A stretch of 15,619 bases of DNA from assembly GCA_018985225.1 (NCBI GenBank), contig JADGIF010000186.1:1-15619 (forward strand), in the 5' to 3' direction. The position numbers and the translations under genes are program-made. How positions within the stretch are numbered: position 1 is the stretch's first letter; each line of letters begins with the position of its first letter. This document shows positions 1-10,400 of the stretch, piece after piece. The notes under the pieces were generated by a model. It was given only the letters and a program-made list of their open reading frames with translations, was not told the origin of the DNA and searched no databases. This DNA is from Amoeboradix gromovi X-113. Its lineage: Eukaryota > Fungi > Sanchytriomycota.

Positions 1-28
1 TGGATAGTTCTTAAATGAAAATATACCC

Positions 29-132
29 TATTATGAATCAGTATTATGAATCAGTATTATGAATCAGTATCATGAATAAGTACTATGAATTAGTATTATG
101 AATTAGTATTATGAATTAGTATTATGAATCAG
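29..132. repeat. Minisatellite, 8 tandem copies of a 13-nt unit (consensus TATTATGAAT(C/T)AG)
   Basis: Units read directly at 29, 42, 55, 68, 81, 94, 107 and 120. Variants are TATCATGAATAAG and TACTATGAATTAG. There are no spacers. Confidence 0.97.
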
Positions 133-282
133 AGGTTTATTTGAAATAAAGATTGGATGAAAGAGTAAGAGAATAGCTGTACAGAATATTTATTTTCCTT
201 TTGTACTCGTCAACTCCGCAACTAGCTGAATGTCCACTCGCCTCTTAAATCCATAAAATTAATAAAGCTGAAATGTGCCAAG

Positions 283-324
283 TTGTTACAGAAAGTTAGT
301 CCAGTTTTTATATTTGATGTCCCA
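283..324 (+). repeat. Dispersed repeat copy A, putative 3' terminus (omega-RNA end) of a Fanzor-type element
   Basis: TTGTTACAGAAAGTTAGTCCAGTTTTTATATTTGATGTCCCA is 38/42 identical to the reverse complement of 14918-14959. Weaker similarity extends back to ~259. The repeat is seen directly; the function is inferred. Confidence 0.75.
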
Positions 325-339
325 AATGTAGATTGTAAA

Positions 340-1033
340 TCATTTATTAAAGCATTCTGGAAATACCTTTGTGATATCGTGAATAGATTTAATCTGTGGT
401 ATTATACCTTAGTTAATAACTAATACCTAGTTTTGTTACATGTTGCATTGCTGTAGTTTGGTCTGGATAGTCTGTTGTCAAAACATGGCAGACCTTCCAC
501 CCAAGCTCTTGTCCTCTTATACAGTTCTTCAAAGAATCATCTACAAAATATACTGTCTCCTTTCCATCATATCTGCAATCCCTGAGAACTTGGTGGTAGT
601 ACTCAATATCGGGTTTGCAACAGAAATTAGGCAAGTCGTATCTACAGTGGGTCATCCCTAGAAAGTTATCTAATATGTTCAGCAGCCGCAAAACTCTTAC
701 ACAATGAGGTTTAGCAGCATTAGTGAATATCCAGTTTCTCTCCTTGCATTTTGATAATATTTCCTTCAAATCTTTATCTGCAATTATAAGACCATCCAGT
801 GGCAAAGACTGATCTACCTTGAAATCATAGTCTAATGGATCTATGCTGTGGTGTTTAATAAATCCTCTTATAGCCAGACCGTAATCAATATAGTATCTCA
901 GGCTGAGTTCTGCTGATTCTTCCTCACTGTATCCCAAACCAACACAATACCTAATGATGTTGTCTGCCATTAATTTACCAACTCCCTTGCTGTGGTGATA
1001 TAAAGTGTTATCAACATCCCATAGAAAAACCAT
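340..1033 (-). CDS. SDT1: HAD-superfamily pyrimidine 5'-nucleotidase (SDT1/SSM1 family), 2 exons: 1033-427 and 407-340, 224 aa
   Basis: First ATG gives MVFLWDVDNTLY (HAD motif I DxD). Also YIDYGLAIRG, WIFTNA, CKP and YFVDDS. Removing intron 408-426 adds GIIPQIKSIHDITKVFPECFNK*, which resembles the family C-terminus. Confidence 0.9.
408..426 (-). other. 19-nt spliceosomal intron in SDT1 (GTATTAGTTATTAACTAAG), phase 1
   Basis: GT...AG ends, TTAAC at positions 11-15, in-frame TAA inside. Removal extends the protein with family-like residues. Confidence 0.85.
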
Positions 1034-1361
1034 GAAACAGAGGGGAGCTTGTTTGTGAATTATACACAAAACAATAAAATAAATATTCAACTAAACGAGA
1101 CAAACAGATGCGGATATAGTGTCTTACATTGTGACTATAGTGCAGCATAATATGGTGTAGCTTATGACAATCTATTAATTATCATCTTAAGTTGTTTCGG
1201 TGGTAACAATACCGTAGCTGATAGCAATACCGTATTGTTTGCCATATTCTGGTTATGTTTTAGAGCTATTTGTCATAGATGAATAGAATCTGTTGATTTT
1301 ACTCCATTAGAAAATATAAAAAAAGAACTTCTGAAACGGTACAATTGATTTAATTAACAGA

Positions 1362-1963
1362 TTGCTTTACTCGGTTAAAAGAAAAACTAGAAAAATGATA
1401 GACTTGCGGAAATGGCCGGGCTATGACTCAGATGCACCCTTTGGGTATTTTAGCGGTTTGATTGAGACTTTTACGCTGTCTATGAATTCTGTCAAAATAA
1501 AAGTATTTACCTACAGACCAACGTTTCTTCTCTATTACCCTTGTAATACCGTTGAACTGGTTTCAAACGAGACCCATTCTGACCAAATGTCGTAATTTCT
1601 AAGTCGGAGGAACACCCAAAAACCATACTAGGAATCCGTTCATCTTTATGCCATCAAATACGAAAGTTATCAGGAGTTAGAAAGCATATACTGTGAAGAT
1701 GACATATAAAAGAAGACATTTAAATGCTGCCTTGTTTGCGAACCAGATTAACTTACAAACATTAAGACAGGATATAAAAATGGTTATCTGTTGAGATATT
1801 GCAACATATGCTCAAGTACTTATCAGCCAAGCTGTTTGGAAAGAGATATTGCCAGTGCATTTTCTTATTGAGAAAAGGTTTAATGGTATATTACGAGACT
1901 GAGACATCTTTGCAGGTGCTCTTCTGAGTTAGAGCTGCGGACATTTTCTGAAATTGGGTCCCA
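1362..1963 (+). pseudogene. Decayed Fanzor1/TnpB-like nuclease remnant (C-terminal RuvC-II, zinc finger, RuvC-III); boundaries approximate
   Basis: One frame at 1716-1859 reads TFKCCLVCEPD*LTNIKTGYKNGYLLRYCNICSSTYQPSCLERDIASA. This fits the TSK.C..C ... C..C ... RD.xA layout. Stops and frameshifts are present. The region ends in GGGTCCCA at 1963. Confidence 0.65.
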
Positions 1964-2205
1964 TATATTAACATACACGAATTTATGATTTCTTATGTGT
2001 GGAGACTTTCATCACCTTCGTTATTCTACTAGCTACAGAGAAGTACAATCCAGCTTATCACGAGTGCGCCTAGGCAGAAAATTCGACATGACATACATGT
2101 TGGCACAGAGAGTGCGGAGACTGATGATCTACTTGAAGATCTTGGAAAATCACTGATTATTGTTAGGGGCATTTCCAGAAAGTGTGTCCCAAAACAACCC
2201 CCAAA

Positions 2206-2910
2206 ATGAAACGTAAGCTTGAATTTGTAGACATCAAGCAGACTAGTCCAAAGAGACAAAAGATCAATGGTGGGTCAAGACAAAAACCGTCAATTGTATA
2301 TAGAAAGTCAGTAACACCTGGAAAGAAAGTATCATCACCTATTGCAAGTGCTCAGAGCAGTTTGACAAGTCAAGACTCGAGTTCGAGATTAGAAGATGAT
2401 ATTGAATCATCTCCATTGAGCAAGAAGACCCCTCCAGCTAAGACTCCGCTATTTCGAACACCTACCAAGTCGAAAATACCACAGGAAGCAGAAATACCTC
2501 ACCCTCCACATAGATGGAAGACTCCTGAAAAGAGCCTAATTAGGACTGCAAAAAGGATAGATGCGCAAGACAGAAATGTATATTTTTCAGATCCTCAACT
2601 ACATGCCACGTACTCGAGGCAGGATTACGATCGAAGTCCGAGCATGGATTCATTAGTTAAATACAAAAAAGGAATTATTAAAAAAAAGGATTGGCACAGA
2701 TTGAACATGAAAGCCAGAAATATTGGCAACTCAAACACGATTGATGAAAAGCGAAGTAATCGAAGAAACGGCAAGCTATCACCAAATACTCAAATTGAGA
2801 GGTTTTTAGAAGATAGCCGAGAGTTAAGAAGTGGTGGGTATGTCGAAAATTTGTGGTCACATATGAGAAATGTAATTGATTTTTTAAATCCATATAAAAG
2901 CATTGAATAA
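2206..2910 (+). CDS. Hypothetical basic Ser/Thr-Pro-rich protein (234 aa) with a PP1-docking motif; putative PP1 regulatory subunit
   Basis: First ATG at 2206 (MKRKLEF). CDK consensus sites SPKR, TPGK, TPTK and TPEK. RNVYFSDPQLHATYSRQDYDR resembles the neurabin/spinophilin and Bni4 PP1-binding segment. Confidence 0.75.
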   Translation: MKRKLEFVDIKQTSPKRQKINGGSRQKPSIVYRKSVTPGKKVSSPIASAQSSLTSQDSSSRLEDDIESSPLSKKTPPAKTPLFRTPTKSKIPQEAEIPHPPHRWKTPEKSLIRTAKRIDAQDRNVYFSDPQLHATYSRQDYDRSPSMDSLVKYKKGIIKKKDWHRLNMKARNIGNSNTIDEKRSNRRNGKLSPNTQIERFLEDSRELRSGGYVENLWSHMRNVIDFLNPYKSIE

Positions 2911-2988
2911 ATTAGTTTCGCTAACTCCATAAATTCAATTCAGATAATGTTCATATCTGATTAGCCATCCCTTCAAGAGAAATACGAG

Positions 2989-3547
2989 ATGATGTCTTGG
3001 TTAGATGAAATCAAAAAAGACTCAAAGGTACGCCAGGGTTATTGCTATCCTTTGGGTGCATTTAAAGATAATATCATAGCGTTTGATATGGAATCTTTTG
3101 TAAAGATGATGAATTGTAGCTTTTCAGATGCCTTCAAGTGTCATGCTACCAAGACTCAGAAAGGTAATATTCAAATAGATACCACTAATATCAGAACAGA
3201 TGGATATTCAGTGCAATTTGTGAAGAAACATACAAACGAAAACCCTTCATATGTTTATCAATATGAATGGTATAATAAGAAAAAAGAGAGTGGGGAATGG
3301 AAATCCAAAGCAAGTAAAGCAGATGTGATTGAAGACATCAAATGCTATAGACAAACATTCTTTTGATAGAATTAAGAAATTCAAATGTCTTCCTATGCAA
3401 GATGTTGGCACAAGACTTTTAACCCAAGTGTTGAAATTACCTGAAAAGCCTTTATGGCAACTTCGCTGACATAGTCGGTGATCTTATATGGGACCTATGC
3501 CTTTCTCCCAGAATTACCCCGAGTCTAGAAATCATAGAGTGAATCCC
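2989..3547 (+). pseudogene. Decayed Fanzor1-like remnant (REC/WED portion plus a later fragment); boundaries approximate
   Basis: The ORF contains YCYPLGAFKDNIIAFD and IRTDGYSVQF, similar to the Fanzor1 motifs F...P......I.ID and I.TDG.SV. After several stops the same frame gives VILYG at 3478-3492. RuvC-I is not recognisable. Confidence 0.65.
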
Positions 3548-3553
3548 AGATGT

Positions 3554-3562
3554 AAAACAAAA
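3554..3562 (-). terminator. Probable RNA polymerase III terminator (TTTTGTTTT) for tRNA-Tyr
   Basis: Two T4 runs begin 2 nt after the discriminator base. Confidence 0.6.
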
Positions 3563-3563
3563 C

Positions 3564-3645
3564 TCCGATGAGTGTGAATTGAACACACGACCTATGGATA
3601 TCCGAACATTACAGTCCACCGCTCTGCCAACTGAGCTATCATCGG
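3564..3645 (-). tRNA. tRNA-Tyr(GUA) with a 9-nt intron (3608-3600) at the canonical 37/38 position
   Basis: Acceptor stem CCGATGA/TCATCGG with discriminator A and C1:G72 (eukaryotic Tyr identity). D-arm GCTC-AGTTGGCA-GAGC. Anticodon arm GTGGA-CT-GTA-A[TGTTCGGAT]A-TCCAT. T-arm GTGTG-TTCAATT-CACAC. 82-9 = 73 nt, no encoded CCA. Confidence 0.96.
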
Positions 3646-3774
3646 TTAAAAGATCTTCGATTGTGTTAATTTAGTATAAAAAGTATTTTATCCAAGTACA
3701 ATAGCGAATTGCAGTTTAAGAAACATTAATTGTAGTTAAGATTGTTGATTTTTGTTTAAATCGCACAACGTTTA

Positions 3775-3981
3775 TTAATTACTCTTTGGCTTCGGCACCT
3801 GATGAAATTGCTCCCAGTTGTAGGTATGTCCATGAACCCAAGTATGCCAGTCTTTCTTGAAATGGAACATAACCCATAGCCAGGTGCATGTACCAAAAGC
3901 GTATGTCATTAATTTCATACTCCTAGGAACTGAAGGAATCTTTTCGGGGATAAGAGATGAAGAGTGTTCATGACCTCCCAT
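3775..3981 (-). CDS. Probable mitochondrial complex I accessory subunit NDUFB2/AGGG-like, 68 aa
   Basis: Starts MGGHEH. A single TM segment, AFGTCTWLWVMFHFKKDW, matches the G..MWFWI.YR.K.D pattern of NDUFB2 homologues. His/Trp-rich tail. Confidence 0.7.
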   Translation of the reverse strand: MGGHEHSSSLIPEKIPSVPRSMKLMTYAFGTCTWLWVMFHFKKDWHTWVHGHTYNWEQFHQVPKPKSN

Positions 3982-4013
3982 TTGTTTTAGAAACAACTTT
4001 AAAACTGATGTAT

Positions 4014-5339
4014 TTACTTCTTTATTAACTTACCCGTCTTATCTGCAATTGCAACATTGGAGCTTTGCATAAGCTCACTAAGTACGTCTTTCTTCTCTTT
4101 TTTCAGAACATTTGGTTTTGAGGACTGCAGGACTTTATTTATCAAAGCCTTTTTAGCTGCAAATTTTTTGATGTTAGCTTTCTTCTTTCTTCTTAAAGCA
4201 TGTTTATCTTCTTGAGTCATTTCATTGGCGGATTTAAATTCAGTCTTAAATCTCACTACCTCAGATTGAGCCTCTTGATGCGCGGCAGGTTGAATATCTT
4301 CCTTAGAAATGATATTGGTTTGATCCTCGATTGATATCTCGTTCGAATACGCTTTTGGACGGTAAAAACTGTTTGTAAGCATATTTAATTTCTCTTCTAC
4401 TAAATCCCACATGTTTTCAATTTCTACATGCTCTTTAGGTCGCTCTTCCGAAGTGGTCACGCCAAAAAGATCGGCGTTCTCTCTTTTTAAATATTCCTCT
4501 TCATAAATCTGAGCCAAGGTCTTTTCACTCTTCTGCGTTTTTTTTTCAATGTCAAATCGTTTCTTGACCCTCATTGATTTGGGATCTTCAGTGTGAGTAG
4601 TATCCACATCCACTTTACGCTCCAGATTGTCAAACACAAGATTGGCAACCCTCTCCTTGATAAGTGCCTCTATATTAAAGGATGAAGAATCCGGCATTGG
4701 CTTCTTTGCAGTGTCGTGTTCTATATCCATTGTTAACAAAGTATCGCGCTCTCTGTCCTTAGCATAGGTTTCACCTTTTAGCGCAAATGGCTTGCTTTCT
4801 GGCAAATAGTTCATCAAATTGTTCTTCTCTATATCCAGTATTTTCTGTTTTAAACGCATCTGATCTTGATTGTACTTGGAATCTAGCGGTGTCTCCGTTC
4901 TATCTTCAAAGAAATCGTTAAATGTCAAATTGTTATAGTCGACGTATTCTTCCTCTTGCATGCCCACCTCTTCACTATCTAAATCACTTTCAAGATCCTC
5001 ATCGGGTTTTTCCTGAGCCTCAACAAATCTCTTCATTTCTTTCATTGAGAAGAATTCATCATCGGCTCCGGTGTAAATATCCGAATCCGAAGATGAATGG
5101 TGCTCACTCTCAATTTTAGGTTGCTCAAACTCTTCAATTACTTCTTTGTTTTCACTAACATTACTTGAAATATCATCATTGACTAATTCTTGTGGAAATC
5201 TTACCGATTTAATTGGCTTACAAATTTTATCAAAATTCATCTCAAGTTGCGCAAAAATACCTTCAGAATCAAATCCTTCAAGAATTATGGGACAAAGACT
5301 TTGTTTATTTAGATCTAAAAGTACAGAAGATGTGTCCAT
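4014..5339 (-). CDS. MPP10: U3 snoRNP / SSU processome component Mpp10, 441 aa
   Basis: Motifs GIFAQLE, DDEFFSMKEM, FNDFF, KPFALKGE..A..R..DTLL, IEALIKERV...FD, KTLAQIYEEEY, KLNMLTNSFYRPK and EMTQEDK..LRRKKK. Confidence 0.93.
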   Translation of the reverse strand: MDTSSVLLDLNKQSLCPIILEGFDSEGIFAQLEMNFDKICKPIKSVRFPQELVNDDISSNVSENKEVIEEFEQPKIESEHHSSSDSDIYTGADDEFFSMKEMKRFVEAQEKPDEDLESDLDSEEVGMQEEEYVDYNNLTFNDFFEDRTETPLDSKYNQDQMRLKQKILDIEKNNLMNYLPESKPFALKGETYAKDRERDTLLTMDIEHDTAKKPMPDSSSFNIEALIKERVANLVFDNLERKVDVDTTHTEDPKSMRVKKRFDIEKKTQKSEKTLAQIYEEEYLKRENADLFGVTTSEERPKEHVEIENMWDLVEEKLNMLTNSFYRPKAYSNEISIEDQTNIISKEDIQPAAHQEAQSEVVRFKTEFKSANEMTQEDKHALRRKKKANIKKFAAKKALINKVLQSSKPNVLKKEKKDVLSELMQSSNVAIADKTGKLIKK

Positions 5340-5341
5340 GT

Positions 5342-7367
5342 TTACTCCTTAGATGCCCTGACAAATATTTTGCCATTCAAATATATGATATTTGGGCAGG
5401 TTTCATTAATGTATTCCAAGAAAAATTTAAACCTACAAAATGAATTGCCACTAATGCTTAGTCTGGTACATTTTGGCAGCGTAAGAAGACAAAGTTCATT
5501 TAGATCTTGCAGAGAGTTGTTGCTTACATTTAATTCTTCAAGACTGCTAGATAGAGAACTCAAGACAGGCAACTTATTATCTCTGAGTTAGTTTTTATTA
5601 CTCTAAATACAAATGCGTCAACTTAGGAACATCATCCCATATTTTTGCTATTTGGCAAATTATGTTTTTAGAAAGCCGTAACACCGTCAACTCTGGGAAC
5701 AAGGTTTTGAACTGAAGCTTGCAAATTCTATTTCTTCCTAAATCAAGCTGTTTTAGTGCAATTTGTGATTCTATAAAAAGCATGTTTCTTATGCGATTGA
5801 AGGATAAATCTAAAACTCTTAAAGTATTTAGCTTTACATTAAACTCTTCCAAAACGTTCCCCGTTAGTATTAATGTCTCTATTGATGAACCATTTAGAAA
5901 CTCAACGCTACTTAGTCTGTTATTTGAAAAATCCGCTGTTTTTAAATTAGGAAACTGCTTTACAAATTGAAAATTCACTAGTCTAATTTCGTTAAATGGT
6001 AATTGAAGACTAACTATGTTTTCAAATGATTCATGTAAAAGCAGATGACAGCTTTCTATAGACAATATCGAGTAATCTATGTCTTTGTACTCATGCAAAT
6101 ACTTTCCATTGTAATGGATCAAATGGTGAAGAATAGTTTTTCCAAACAGACTGCATAAATTCAATGGATTTTTCCGTATGTCGAGATATTTCAAAGTCTT
6201 CAAATGCGATAACCCCAATACTTCAGAGTAAGATGAAATTGTATTATATGAAATATCCAACAATATGAGTGATTTGTATAATGGTATTGATTTGAAGTTA
6301 TTGTGACTGGCTATAAGATAGCTAATGGTACCAATATTGCTTGGAAATGTGCTTAAATTTTGGTTTGAGATATTCAAATAAACTACAGTTTCCGTTTTAT
6401 TCTGCACTTTGTATAGATTCTTTATTCCTAAAGCATAATTTAAGTTTCTGGATGTATCCGATACACTCAGTAATGGTGTATCCGTGGGGAAAATTATGCT
6501 TTTTACCAACGTTACACTCTCCTCCGAATCAACTAAGTTTAATAGTTCTAAATGGTATACACCACTAGTGTAACCATGCGGTACCGAGCTGATTAAATCA
6601 AATGGTATTCTGAATTCCACAGATTTACAAATTTTTGAATGAAACTGTGAAATTCCACCCTGCCCAAGATTGTACAGACACCATAGCTTATGTTCAACTC
6701 TAATTTCATTTCCATGAACACCTATTTCTAAACCATCAATAAAATAGATTTTAAACATTATTTTAAATACATCAATTTTGTTAGATAAATATCCTTGTAA
6801 TAAACATTTCTCTATTTCAAAGTCATGAGAAGAAGGGCCTTCACTTACATTTAAGTCTACTTTATTGATGCTTAAATTGCACTTTAATAAAAATTGACGG
6901 ATATCATGCCTCTCGGTCTCTTGAAATTTTAGATCGAAAGTAGGATCAAATAACACTAAATGCGTCACTCTTATATCCATATATTCATAGAGATCCCAAA
7001 TGCAGTTGTCGGAAACATTTAAATAGTCAAATTTTTGCTTGAAAATTCGTATACTCGAGATGTTGTTTTTGGCAATGTTTAAGCATTTTACACTGGCAGG
7101 TATATACTCCAACTCTTTTGTATTTATGTCATTATCACTCAAGTCCATGCATATAACAGCACTATCTTTTAAGAATTCCAGACTCTTCAATCTGCAACCG
7201 ATAATTGTAATTTTAGTTAGTCGTTTTAAGTCTACTCTACCTTTCCAATTAGTGTACATTATGAACATCTCTTCAATGTCAACTAAATTCTCTTCTATTT
7301 CATCACATTCAATTTTTGTGTAGCTTTCATCTTCTATATACAATTTATTTTGAAATCCACTTGGCAT
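5342..7367 (-). CDS. Leucine-rich repeat protein (SDS22-like repeats), 2 exons: 7367-5602 and 5582-5342, 668 aa
   Basis: Many LxxLxLxxNxI repeats (LRVLDLSFNRI, LKQLDLGRNRI, LKYLDIRKNPL). Splicing out 5583-5601 completes the repeat LTHLYLEDNKL and joins the 5342-5572 ORF. The first in-frame ATG is at 7367. Confidence 0.88.
5583..5601 (-). other. 19-nt spliceosomal intron in the LRR gene (GTAATAAAAACTAACTCAG), phase 2
   Basis: GT...AG ends and a canonical CTAAC branch site at positions 11-15. Removal restores an LRR unit across the junction. Confidence 0.9.
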
Positions 7368-7471
7368 CGTTTCAATTGAAAGTATTTCATAAATTAAATA
7401 ACTTCTCAGTAAGCCAACCTGTTTAAAGAAACAAAGGTGTTGGTGCACGATATATACAATGAAATCTATAT

Positions 7472-10400
7472 TTATTGTAACACTTTTTTACTCATTAGTT
7501 CAGTTTTATACGATTCATCTAAATCCAGCTCATTAACTAGTATTATCAATATCTCTTTTAATCGCGGCAAGTCAATCACTATATCTGCAAATATATCTTC
7601 TTGCAATATCTCTTCAAACCTATGTTAACTAATGTTACCATTCCTTTATTCCAAGCTTCAATTCTCCCTTGACATGTTTAAACGGAACCATCAAACTACA
7701 CACTCTCTCAGGCAGAACTTCGGTAACAGCCCATAACCATTCTTTTGCGATGTTTGGCCCATAGGCAGGCGGAACTTCTTCCAGAAATTGTATCAAATCC
7801 ACGTTTGAGTCTGATCTAACGAACTCTTTGAAATTGGCTTTAAATTTAATTACATAGACTCCAACATCATCTTTTTTATCATCTTTTGCCGCGCTGGAGG
7901 TTGGCGATTTAGGCACTGGTGTGTTTGGAGTACTGCTCTTTCTTAACGTATCAAACTTATTTACCTGCTGTGTTGGCTTGCTTTTACTGCTATAAATGCT
8001 TGTCGGTTTATTGCTTTGTCTGTCATTCCTCTCGTAAGATCTGACGTTGCTTTCAAATGACCTGCTGCTATCATTCCTATCAAATGACCTGTTGCTATCA
8101 TCTCTGCGTCTGAATGATCCTCGGTTACTATCCTTGTCTCTACCTCTGAAAGATCCACGCTGATCTCTTCTATCGTCTCTTCTATATGATCCGCGCTGCT
8201 GTTGGGGTCCCCGCGCACTCCCTGGTCTACTATCAGGTCTGTTTTCTGGCTTATTGACATCAGCCAACTTCTTAGGTCCGCTCGCATCCGCAAATCCACG
8301 TTTCTTCTTATCTAGCACATCCAAACACATGAATCTTACTCTGCTACTTATTCTTTTATCTCTACTTAACTCTTTTATTTTGTTAAATATTTGAACGTAA
8401 CGCTGCTGATATTTTGGGTCTGCTGTTTTTAAATAGGACTGCATAATATACCCTGTGGAATGTAACAGCACTATAGCTAATTCAATGTCATCCTCAACCA
8501 TATCTAGTAGGCAGTATGTTAGCACGGTAAATATAATGTTACCACTAATAATACTAAATTGGAATAAAGCACCAACAAACTGTATATTTCCTAGAGCCTT
8601 TTTCTTCATATAAATAATGGCCATTTCGTCTTCACTGATGTCCTGTCCTGTAGTTTGCCCACTCTTTTCAATAACGGATTGTAACTCCGTCCATTTGGGT
8701 CTGTTTTCGAAGTTAGATTGACAGGTTTGAGCTAATACTTCAAATAAGAATTGGCTGAATTTGACGTTGCCCTTGGCATTAGTATCCAGTTGATCATAAA
8801 TCAGTTTACACAATTCGGCATAAATCAGTACAAAGTGAGGTTCTAATACTGCCTTGGCAAAAAGATTTTTAGCTAACGCTGTTATCTTTGCATGGCTCGG
8901 CTCTTTAACGATTAAGTCACTAATCTGAGTACTGATTGATTCGTAATTCTCTTTCGTCAGCTTATTGAGGAATCCGGTCAATTGCAAGTTCAGCTTGGCT
9001 TCCAAGTCAACTGCTTGTTTCTTAGGATCCCATCTGTTCTTTGATTTACTCAAGTTTCCAGTCAGACCTAATTGCTGTGCTAGTAACTCAGTTTCAGTGA
9101 ACCTCTTCTTTTGCTGTCCACCACGACGTTTATTCTTGAATATCTTTTGTTTCTTTCTCATTGATAGATTTGTAAACAATTGCAAATGTAAATTCTGATC
9201 AACAACTGGTGGAGGCGACTCATTGTCTCTCATTCTGGACAAATAATGAATAGAATACACTAACTTGCAAGCAAACGGTCTCGGTTGTTTCTCATGGGTA
9301 GTTTGATAATGATCGTTCCACTCAGTAAGAAAGTTAACAATTTCCTCAGTCAGTTCGTTGTCGGGATCCTCTTCATGATTTGCGTCTTCCTCTTCTTGTC
9401 TCCATACTTTCGGAACAACAGGAACTGGTAAATCATCATTACGCCATTCTTTTTCAGGTATAGGATTGGACGATTCTCTCCAACTAGGTTTGGATTCTCT
9501 TATCGGCGATCTAGGAGGTTCTGACAGATTAGAGGATTTGGCTTCAGGCGACTTAATTATTTTTTCAGATGGTGTTTTTGTTTTTTCTTCAGCTATCTCA
9601 CCTGGTTTATCAAATGTTTTTTTCGATTCAGATGGTTTAGAAACAACAGGCGCAGATTTCCGGATGTCGTCTTTGCTTTCCGACTCATCTGTTTTCATAG
9701 CTTCAACCTTTTCGGATTTAACTTTGGGAGATTCAGATTTAACAGGCACAACAGGGACTTTACTTGCGGGAGGCTTACTAGGAACATCAACTGCTTTTAC
9801 TACTGGTTGAGGAGCCACTAGAGGCGGTGATTTTTGAACAGGCCTAGTAAGTGGAACATTACGAGATGCAATATTGGCCCAATTTGGAGCAACAGGAGTT
9901 TGTGGAGTTGATTTAACAGGTTGCAAGTCTCGCTTCTCAGCAGGGTGTTGTTTTTTATCTGGTTGAGGTCTGACCTGCTTCTGATCAGGCCTAGGCCTGT
10001 ATTGTTCATGTTTAGGCCTAAACTGTTGATCTTGTCTATTTTGTCTAAATTGTTGATTTTCAGACTTATATCCTGTAGCTGGGTACTGGGGTCGCGGTAC
10101 ATGCTCTTGATGTCTAGGTCTCTGCATAGTTGAAGACTGCTGGGGTTGGTCTTGCCCATCTTGCTTTGATAATGGTTTAACCACTGTTTGTTTTTTAACA
10201 TCATCAGGTTTACGGGAAACAGGACCAGATTCAATCAAAATTGCTTTGGAAGGAGCCGAAGAGATGGCGACTGGTTTGGATTCTATTTTAACAGTTTTAG
10301 AAGATTCATTCTGGGTTGCCAACTTAGCTGGTTCCTTGGCTTTAGGAGTGGGGCTGTCTGAAAATTTAATGGCGCTTGTACTAGGAGGACCATCGCTAAT

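Noticed and set aside
29-132. CRISPR array
   Set aside because: The units are contiguous 13-mers with no unique spacers, the context is eukaryotic and there are no cas genes.
2176-2191. CAGAAAGTGTGTCCCA as an internally deleted copy of the 42-nt terminus
   Set aside because: Too short to distinguish from chance. Similar words occur at about 13060 (+) and 15455-15469 (-) in coding-like context.
1995-2259. Small gene or further element remnant between 1963 and 2206 (including the 2029-2259 minus ORF)
   Set aside because: Only short frames with no convincing motif; left uncalled.
5315-5345. 31-nt GT...AG intron fusing the LRR gene to MPP10
   Set aside because: It lacks the YTAAC branch site and the 19-nt length, and splicing leads to a stop within three codons rather than into the MPP10 frame.
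1034-7448. Upstream non-ATG starts in the ORF track (1090, 2182, 3996, 7448)
   Set aside because: This is eukaryotic sequence. The first in-frame ATGs (1033, 2206, 3981, 7367) give more plausible N-termini.
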